From contig JBDLKA010000092.1 of NCBI GenBank assembly GCA_039714075.1, positions 1 to 13,001 of the forward strand: a stretch of 13,001 bases of DNA, read 5' to 3'. Source of the stretch: Candidatus Krumholzibacteriota bacterium. Its GTDB lineage: Bacteria > Krumholzibacteriota > Krumholzibacteriia > LZORAL124-64-63. Positions 6,564-13,001 of this stretch are shown here, in pieces. Position 1 is the stretch's first letter, and every line of letters starts with the position of its first letter. The notes beneath the pieces were generated by a model that did not search any database, was not told the DNA's origin, and saw only the letters and a program-made list of their open reading frames with translations. Position numbers and translations under genes: made by a program.

Positions 6564-8057
6564 CTAGACCCCGGTGGGTTCGCCGACTTTTTCACCCGTT
6601 TCCCGAATGACCGTCTCGACGGCCTCGAGCAGTTCCTCGCCGGGTACGTCCTGCTTGTCCTCGGCGGCGAAATCGTCGCCCGCACCGGAGTCCTGAAGTC
6701 CGTATTTCTTCAGTTTCCGGTACAGGGTCGATGCGTTGATGCCCAGAATTTCAGAGGTCAGCTTGCGGGCCCCGTCGGTGGCCTCGAGCACACCCAGGAT
6801 GTGGGCCTTTTCCAGGTCGTCGAGGGTGACCCGGCCACCCACGGCCAGGTTCGAGGCGGATGTTTCCGCCCCCACGCCGTTGGTCACGAACGGCGGCAGG
6901 TCCTTCAGGGTGATCCGATCGGAATCCCGAATGATGCTGGCACGTTCGATGACGTTTTCCAGTTCCCTGACATTGCCCGGCCATTCATAACCCTGCAAAG
7001 CGGTGAGGGCCTTGTCCTCGATGAGGGAGCCCAGGTTGCCCTGGTACTCGTCCGGACAGCAGCGTTTCAGGAAATGATCCACCAGCAGGGGGATGTCCTC
7101 GCTGCGTTCGCGCAGGGAGGGCAGATTCATCGGAATGACGTTCAACCGGTAATACAGGTCGGTGCGGAAGTTGCCTTCGCTGACTTCCTTTTCCAGATCA
7201 CGGTTCGTCGCCGCGATAACGCGCAGATCGACCTTGACCGGACTGCTGCTGCCCACGGGATAGACCTCCCGCTCCTGAAGCATGCGCAGAAGCTTGACCT
7301 GGATGGCGTGCGGGGTCTCCCCGATTTCGTCCAGGAAGATGGTGCCGCCTTCGGCCTGCCGGCAGAAACCGTCATGGTTCCGGTCGGCGCCGGTGTAGGA
7401 GCCCTTGATGTGGCCGAAAAGCTGGCTTTCCAGCAGGGTCTCGGGAATGGCGCCGCAGTTGATGGCCACGAACGGTCCGTCCGCCCGGGCGCTCCTATGG
7501 TGGATGGACTGGGCGATCAGTTCCTTGCCCGTGCCGCTTTCCCCGTTGATGAGCACCGTGGCGGCCGTCGCGGCGATCTTGTCCACCATCTTGTAGACCG
7601 ACCGCATGCGGGCGCTCTGGCCGATGATGTTCTTGCGCCGCTTGTTGCGCGTCAGTTCCTTCTTGAGCTTGATGTTCTCGGTCTTGGCCTGGCCCAGCGC
7701 CAGCGCGTTGCGGACCACCATCTTGATCTCGTCGTTCTTGCAATGCTTCTGCATGTAGGAGAACGCGCCCAGATTCACCGCGTCGATGGCCGACTGCTCG
7801 CTGGCATAGGCGGTCATGATGATCACCGGGGTGGTCGGGTCGATGCTCTTGATGCCCTTCAACAGCTGGATGCCGTCCATCTTGGGCATCTGGATATCGG
7901 TCATGACTACGTCGAAAGAATCCTTTTCTACGACCTGGAGGGCCTGCACTCCCGAATTGACGGTCGTAACCTCGTAGCCCTCTTTCTGCAGCAGAATCGA
8001 GAGGTACTGACACATCGATTCTTCATCGTCAACGACCAGGATCTTGCCCAGGGCCAT
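6564..8057 (-). CDS. pilR: Sigma-54-dependent response regulator (REC-AAA+-Fis HTH) PilR, about 497 aa
   Basis: ILVVDDE, phosphoacceptor TDIQMP, Walker A GESGTGKE, GSYTGA loop, Walker B FLDEI, DLYYRL, WPGNVREL, HTH LGINASTLYRKL. Start at ATG 8057 after AAGGAG. Confidence 0.92.
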   Translation of the reverse strand: MALGKILVVDDEESMCQYLSILLQKEGYEVTTVNSGVQALQVVEKDSFDVVMTDIQMPKMDGIQLLKGIKSIDPTTPVIIMTAYASEQSAIDAVNLGAFSYMQKHCKNDEIKMVVRNALALGQAKTENIKLKKELTRNKRRKNIIGQSARMRSVYKMVDKIAATAATVLINGESGTGKELIAQSIHHRSARADGPFVAINCGAIPETLLESQLFGHIKGSYTGADRNHDGFCRQAEGGTIFLDEIGETPHAIQVKLLRMLQEREVYPVGSSSPVKVDLRVIAATNRDLEKEVSEGNFRTDLYYRLNVIPMNLPSLRERSEDIPLLVDHFLKRCCPDEYQGNLGSLIEDKALTALQGYEWPGNVRELENVIERASIIRDSDRITLKDLPPFVTNGVGAETSASNLAVGGRVTLDDLEKAHILGVLEATDGARKLTSEILGINASTLYRKLKKYGLQDSGAGDDFAAEDKQDVPGEELLEAVETVIRETGEKVGEPTGV

Positions 8058-8101
8058 TGAATTCTCCTTGTTGGTGGAGGCATGTTGCGTTGTTGAATTT
8101 G

Positions 8102-8128
8102 ATATCGTCAAAAAGGCGGGCCGCTTTA
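8102..8128 (-). promoter_or_regulatory. Putative sigma-28-family promoter for pilR
   Basis: Minus strand TAAA-N15-GACGATAT (TAAAGCGGCCCGCCTTTTTGACGATAT), between the terminator and the pilR RBS. Confidence 0.55.
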
Positions 8129-8160
8129 ACGCGAAATGCGAAAAACCGGCGTTCTTTTCC

Positions 8161-8188
8161 AAAAAAATGCCATCCGTGCACGGATGGC
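8161..8188 (-). terminator. Intrinsic terminator between pilS and pilR
   Basis: Perfect 20-bp palindrome GCCATCCGTGCACGGATGGC (8169-8188) followed by A and 7 T on the minus strand. Confidence 0.75.
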
Positions 8189-8240
8189 TGACCATTCCTC
8201 ATTGCGATGTGCAAGATCGGGGGGAAAATTCTGCCCCTGC

Positions 8241-10049
8241 TCAACCGACCGGCAGCTGTTCTTCCGCCTCGACAGCGACGGCGCCTTCATCTTTTTCCGC
8301 ATCTTTTTCCGCATCTTTTTCCGCGACATTTTCCGCAACGGCCTTCTTGTTCTCTTCGAGCAGGTCCCGGTCCAGCGGCCAGCGAATCCGGAATATCGCC
8401 CCGCCGGCGGGATTGTCCTCGGCCTTGACGCTGCCCCCGTGGGCCGTGGCGATGCGCGCGACGATCGACAGACCCAGCCCCGTCCCGCCTTCCTTGGTGG
8501 TCTTGAAGGGGGAAAACAGGTCCTCGCGGATATCCGGTTCGATACCCGGACCGGTGTCCGTGACCACCAACTCGTAGGATTCGCCGTGGCCGACGAGATT
8601 CAACCCGATTCTCAACTCACCGGCATATCCCATTGCTTGACAGGCGTTTATCGCCAGATTCAGGGTCATCTGGGTCAATTGCCCGGGGTCCGCGACCACG
8701 GCCATGTCCGCCGGCGCGACATCACAGAACACCCGCACACGGCCATCCTTGGCCGCCACGTGCTGATTGATCTGCAGCGATATCTGTTCCCGGAACTCCT
8801 GAGCGCCGAAACACGCCTTCCTGGCCGCGGGCATGCGTGAGTAGGCCAGAAAGTCGTTGATGATCGTGTTGACCCGGGCGCTCTCCTTGAGCACCAGCCC
8901 CAGCAGCTGGTCCTGGTATCCTTCCAGCTCCACTTCGCCGGCCAGGATTTCGACGCTGCCCCGGATGCTCGCCAGGGGATTGCGGATTTCGTGGGCGATG
9001 CTGGCGGCCAGCTCGCCGATGGCGGCCAGGCGGTCGGATTCCCTGATCCGCGCGCTCATTTCCTTTTCGCGGGTCAGGTCGGTAAAAATCGTGATGGCGC
9101 CGATGATCCGGCCCCCCGGTGCGGTCACGTGGTTGACGTTCAGGCCCAAGGGGGTGCGGGAGCCCCGGCGGTCGATGTGGATCTCCCCGCGCGACACCGT
9201 GGCTCCGCCGCGGGCGACCGGAAGAATGACGTCCGCCAGCTCCTGCATGCCCTCGGCCATCACCATGGTGATGTCCCTTTTCAAAAGTTGGGACGGCGTC
9301 ATTTGCAGAACATGACAGGCGGAGGGATTGACCCGGGTGATGATGCCCCTGCTGTTGACGGTGATCAGCCCGCTCTGGATGTTGTCCAGGATATTGCGTA
9401 CCTCGCAGCGGGCATGCATGGCCATGCTGTGGCTGCGCGCCTGGTCCTTTTTGCGGGCCGCCAGCCGGCGGGCCAGCCCGCTGCTGATCATTCCCGTCAC
9501 CAGGAACACGGCCATGTGCAGGGCGGTGACCAGGACGGGCCAACCCTGCAGGTAGTTCAGGGTGGACTCGGTCCCGGTCAGCAGCCAGCCCAGCGCCAAC
9601 CCGAAGTGGCCGCCTCCGACCAGGATGGCCGCGGTGCCCGCGATGGCCATGGACCAGCGGGCGTCCAGGTAATAGGCCCCCAGCATGATCGGCACCAGGA
9701 ACACCAGGGGAAACGCGGAAAATGGTCCTCCGGAAAAGTGAACCAGCAGCCCGATGCACAACGTGTCCGACGCCAGCTGCACCGCCAGCAGCACCCGCCG
9801 GGGCGCCCGCGCCATGTAGGCCGCCCAGGCCACCGCAATGGAGGTGTAGAGAAGACCAAGGGACCCCATCAACCCGGAGGTCGACACGTCCGCGGAACCG
9901 AAATAGTAGACGAAGAGGGAGGAAACGGTCAGAAAGGCGGCCGAAATCAGCCGCCAAACCAGGAGTCTTGCGTTGGGATCACGGCCGCCGGGCCCGACGG
10001 AATTCGTCGGAGCCCGGCGGCTGCTATTCGGTGCGGTCAATCCGCTCAC
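8241..10049 (-). CDS. pilS: Membrane sensor histidine kinase PilS (TM - PAS-like - HisKA - HATPase), 602 aa
   Basis: Multi-TM N-terminus, PAS-like ILDNIQSGLITVN...VNPSA, H-box AHEIRNPL, N-box NLAINA, DTGPGI, FSPFKTTK, GTGLGL. GTGA overlap with the pilC stop. Confidence 0.9.
   Translation of the reverse strand: MSGLTAPNSSRRAPTNSVGPGGRDPNARLLVWRLISAAFLTVSSLFVYYFGSADVSTSGLMGSLGLLYTSIAVAWAAYMARAPRRVLLAVQLASDTLCIGLLVHFSGGPFSAFPLVFLVPIMLGAYYLDARWSMAIAGTAAILVGGGHFGLALGWLLTGTESTLNYLQGWPVLVTALHMAVFLVTGMISSGLARRLAARKKDQARSHSMAMHARCEVRNILDNIQSGLITVNSRGIITRVNPSACHVLQMTPSQLLKRDITMVMAEGMQELADVILPVARGGATVSRGEIHIDRRGSRTPLGLNVNHVTAPGGRIIGAITIFTDLTREKEMSARIRESDRLAAIGELAASIAHEIRNPLASIRGSVEILAGEVELEGYQDQLLGLVLKESARVNTIINDFLAYSRMPAARKACFGAQEFREQISLQINQHVAAKDGRVRVFCDVAPADMAVVADPGQLTQMTLNLAINACQAMGYAGELRIGLNLVGHGESYELVVTDTGPGIEPDIREDLFSPFKTTKEGGTGLGLSIVARIATAHGGSVKAEDNPAGGAIFRIRWPLDRDLLEENKKAVAENVAEKDAEKDAEKDEGAVAVEAEEQLPVG
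8288..8335. repeat. 12-bp in-frame tandem repeat in the pilS 3' end
   Basis: (CATCTTTTTCCG)x3 at 8288-8323 plus a degenerate CGACATTTTCCG. Encodes AENV-AEKD-AEKD-AEKD. Confidence 0.95.
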
Positions 10050-11257
10050 CCCACGACGCTGGACATCTTGAACATCGGCAGATACATGGCGATCAACATA
10101 CCGCCGACCATGGTGCCCATAAGCACGATCATCACCGGTTCGATGGCCGCGGTCAGGGCGTCGACCGCCGCGTCGACCTCGTCATCGTAGAAGTCGGCGA
10201 TCTTGGACAGCATCTCGTCCAGGGCGCCCGTCTGCTCACCGATCCCGATCATCTGCACGACCATGGGCGGGAACACGCCGCTTTCCCTCAGGGGGGCGGC
10301 GATGGTATCACCCTGGGCGATGCTCTTCCCGGTCTCGTCGATGGCTTCCTGGATCACCCGGTTGCCCGCGGTCCGGGACGTGATTTCCAGTCCCTGGAGA
10401 ATGGGCACACCGGAACCGATCAGGGTTCCCAGTGTCCGGGTGAATCGCGCCACCGCGGACTTCAGCAGGACCGTTCCGATGATGGGGATCTTCATGCCCC
10501 AGCGGTCGGTGTTACGACGGCCGGTGACGGTGTTGCGGTACTGCTTGAAGGCCCAGCCGAAGCCGATCGAGCCGCCGAGCAGCGCCCACCAGTAACCCCG
10601 GATGAAAGTCGAGATGTTCATCACGAACTGCGTCGGACCAGGCAACTCGCCGCCGAAGTCCGAGAACATCTTGGCGAACACCGGAATCACGAACATCAGC
10701 ATGAAGATGCAGGCGCCGCCGGCCACCGCCAGTACGATGGCGGGATAGGTCATGGCACCCTTCACCTTGCGCTGCAGGGCGTCGGCCTTTTCCAGGAACA
10801 CGGCCAGACGGCTGAGGATGACGTCGAGGATACCCCCGGCCTCACCCGCGGCGATCATGTTGACGTACAGGTCGGAAAAGATCCGGGGATGCTTCTCCAG
10901 GGCCTCGGCCAGGGTCGAGCCGCCTTCAACGTCGGCCGTCACCTTCAGGACGACCTCCTTGAAGTGGGGCTTTTCCAGCTGCCGGCCCAGGACGTCGAGG
11001 CACTGGACCAGAGGCAGACCGGCGTTGACCATGGTGGCGAACTGCCGGGTGAAGACCGAAAGGTCCTTGACCGAAACTCCCTTTTTCTGCAGGAATTTGA
11101 TCTGGATGTCCTTCGGCTTCTTCTTGATCGAAGTGATCACGATCCGGCGTTTGCGCAGGTATTCCCCCACGGCCGCCTTGTCGGTCGCTTCGTATTCGCC
11201 GTTCAGGGTTTCGCCTTTGGCGGTCTTCCCTTTCCAGAGATATGTCGTGGCGCTCAC
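10046..11257 (-). CDS. pilC: Type IV pilus inner-membrane platform protein PilC (GspF family), about 403 aa
   Basis: FTRQFATMVNAGLPL, AGEAGGILD, KVKGAMTYP, GEQTGALDEML, IEP, MYLPMF. Start placed at GTG 11257 just after the pilT stop. Confidence 0.96.
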   Translation of the reverse strand: MSATTYLWKGKTAKGETLNGEYEATDKAAVGEYLRKRRIVITSIKKKPKDIQIKFLQKKGVSVKDLSVFTRQFATMVNAGLPLVQCLDVLGRQLEKPHFKEVVLKVTADVEGGSTLAEALEKHPRIFSDLYVNMIAAGEAGGILDVILSRLAVFLEKADALQRKVKGAMTYPAIVLAVAGGACIFMLMFVIPVFAKMFSDFGGELPGPTQFVMNISTFIRGYWWALLGGSIGFGWAFKQYRNTVTGRRNTDRWGMKIPIIGTVLLKSAVARFTRTLGTLIGSGVPILQGLEITSRTAGNRVIQEAIDETGKSIAQGDTIAAPLRESGVFPPMVVQMIGIGEQTGALDEMLSKIADFYDDEVDAAVDALTAAIEPVMIVLMGTMVGGMLIAMYLPMFKMSSVVG

Positions 11258-11273
11258 GGGATTTTCCCCTTCC

Positions 11274-12350
11274 TCAAGTCGGCATGCCGGCTGGTTCACC
11301 GAGCATGGCCAATAGTTCCTGGGCGTCGCTGGTTCGGCCCAGGGCTTCATCCAGAGTGATCCATTTGTTCAGCACCGCGTGGTGCAAGGACTGGTTCATG
11401 GTCTGCATGCCGTGCTTCTGCCCGGCCTGCATCAGACCGTAGATCTGGTGCGTCTTGTCGTCGCGGATCATGGCCTTGATACCCGGCGTGCACACCATGA
11501 TCTCCATGGCCATGCACCGGCCGCCGCCGCGGGCCCGCGGGATGAGCTGCTGCGTCAACACACCGCTCAGCGAGAACGCCAGCTGCGACCGCACCTGGTT
11601 CTGCTGTCCCGGAGGGAACACGTCGACGATACGGTTGATGGTCTCGAAGGTGCTGTTGGTATGCAGCGTAGCCAGCGCCAGGTGACCGGTTTCGGCGATG
11701 GTCAGGGCCGCACCGATGGTCTCCTTGTCGCGCATCTCCCCGATCAGGATCACGTCGGGATCCTGGCGCAGCACGTACTTCAAGGCATCGGGGAAGCTGT
11801 GGGTGTCGCTGTTGACCTCACGCTGGTTGATGATGCAGTTCTTGTGCTGGTGCACGAACTCGATGGGGTCCTCGATCGTGATGATGTGACCCTTTTTCTG
11901 GGTGTTGATGGTGTCGACCATCGTGGCCAGGGTTGTTGATTTACCGCTGCCGGTGGGGCCGGTGACCAGGATCAGTCCCTGCTGCTTGGTAATGAGCTCA
12001 CGGCAGATCGGCGGCAGCCCCAGTTCCTCGAAGGTGTTGATCTCGTAGGGAATCTGGCGAATGGCCAGGGCCGTCACACCGCGCTGCTGAAACACGTTGG
12101 CACGAAAACGGCTGATGCCCTGCACCCCGAAGGAGAAGTCCAGTTCCTTGTCGTTCTCGAAGCGCTTCTTCTGCTCTTCGTTGAGGATACTGTAAGCCAG
12201 ACGGCGTGTTTCATCGCCGGTCATGACCGGGAACTGCGAGGTCACAACCAGACCGTCGACCCGGTATTGGGGCGGCACACCCGCCGTCAGGTGGAGATCG
12301 CTGGCACCCTTGGCCACCATCTCTTCGAGAAGCTCGCGCATTCCTATCAC
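11274..12350 (-). CDS. pilT: Type IV pilus retraction ATPase PilT, 358 aa
   Basis: ASDLHL, RFRANVF, Walker A GPTGSGKST, TIEDPIEF, LRQDPDVILIGEMRD, AETGHL..TLHT, GMQTM. GGAGG RBS. Confidence 0.97.
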   Translation of the reverse strand: MIGMRELLEEMVAKGASDLHLTAGVPPQYRVDGLVVTSQFPVMTGDETRRLAYSILNEEQKKRFENDKELDFSFGVQGISRFRANVFQQRGVTALAIRQIPYEINTFEELGLPPICRELITKQQGLILVTGPTGSGKSTTLATMVDTINTQKKGHIITIEDPIEFVHQHKNCIINQREVNSDTHSFPDALKYVLRQDPDVILIGEMRDKETIGAALTIAETGHLALATLHTNSTFETINRIVDVFPPGQQNQVRSQLAFSLSGVLTQQLIPRARGGGRCMAMEIMVCTPGIKAMIRDDKTHQIYGLMQAGQKHGMQTMNQSLHHAVLNKWITLDEALGRTSDAQELLAMLGEPAGMPT

Positions 12351-12398
12351 TATATCTCTCCTCCGACTTGTCGTGCGGTTGAGCGGTTCACCGTTCCC

Positions 12399-13001
12399 CT
12401 ATTCGGCCACGGCGGTTTCGCGCAACACTTCCTCGACTGTGGTGACACCCTTGGCGACCTTTATCAGGCCATCCTGCCGCAGGGTCAGCATCCCCTGCTT
12501 GATGGCCAGTTTCTGGATTTCCGAAGTCGGCGCCCGGTCCAGGATCAACTCGCGGATCTCCGGCGTGATGGGCATGACTTCGTAAAGACCCTGTCGTCCG
12601 GAATACCCGGAACCGTTGCACTGGTCACAGCCCTTGCCCTTGTAGACACTGGTGCCGGGTTTCAGGGCAAGATCCTTGAGTGCTTCTTCGGACAACTTGA
12701 GCTCTTCCTTACAACTATTACAAACGCGCCTGACCAGGCGCTGGGCCATGATCAGAACGGTCGATGAAGCGACCAGAAACGGTTCAATGCCCATGTCGAT
12801 CATCCGGTTGATCGTGCTCGGGGCATCGTTCGTATGCAGGGTCGACAACACCAGATGGCCCGTCAGGGCCGCTTTGGTGGCGATGCCACCGGTTTCCAGG
12901 TCACGAATCTCACCAACCATGACGATATTCGGATCCTGGCGCAGGAACGCCTTCAGGGCCGAAGCAAAAGTCAGGCCCACGTCGTCACGGACCTGGACCT
13001 G
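12399..13001 (-). CDS. pilB: Type IV pilus extension ATPase PilB, C-terminal part (starts beyond the window)
   Basis: Frame open to the window edge: [54 protein letters not shown], Zn tetracysteine CNSC/CDQC, GYSGR. Confidence 0.96.
   Translation of the reverse strand, partial: QVQVRDDVGLTFASALKAFLRQDPNIVMVGEIRDLETGGIATKAALTGHLVLSTLHTNDAPSTINRMIDMGIEPFLVASSTVLIMAQRLVRRVCNSCKEELKLSEEALKDLALKPGTSVYKGKGCDQCNGSGYSGRQGLYEVMPITPEIRELILDRAPTSEIQKLAIKQGMLTLRQDGLIKVAKGVTTVEEVLRETAVAE

Noticed and set aside
6150..8060. 636-aa plus-strand ORF, and other long plus-strand ORFs (9722-11359, 8991-10190, 546-1427, 4120-4938)
   Set aside because: Antisense shadows of well-supported high-GC minus-strand genes, with no recognisable motifs.
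8288..8335. CRISPR array or phase-variable switch
   Set aside because: There are no spacers, and the 12-bp unit preserves the reading frame near the end of the gene.

Overview
A high-GC window filled by a type IVa pilus (T4aP) gene cluster, entirely on the minus strand. In transcription order (right to left): pilB (3' part), pilT, pilC, pilS, pilR, pilA1, pilA2, ABC ATPase (pilH-like), ABC permease (pilI-like), membrane-anchored TPR-like protein (myxobacterial pilG-like), pilD, pilM, pilN (5' part, absent from the ORF track). The layout resembles the Myxococcus/Geobacter-type cluster. The non-coding DNA is the most interesting part. There are three near-consensus sigma-54 promoters (before pilA1, the ABC operon and pilM). 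There are also three sigma-28-like promoters with exact 15-nt spacing (before pilR, pilA2 and pilM), and terminators that split pilS from pilR and isolate each pilin gene. This suggests two tandem paralogous major pilins, one under sigma-54 and one under sigma-28, inside a possible sigma-28 -> PilR/sigma-54 cascade. All regulatory calls are motif-based inference. No mobile elements, RNA genes or CRISPR arrays were seen.
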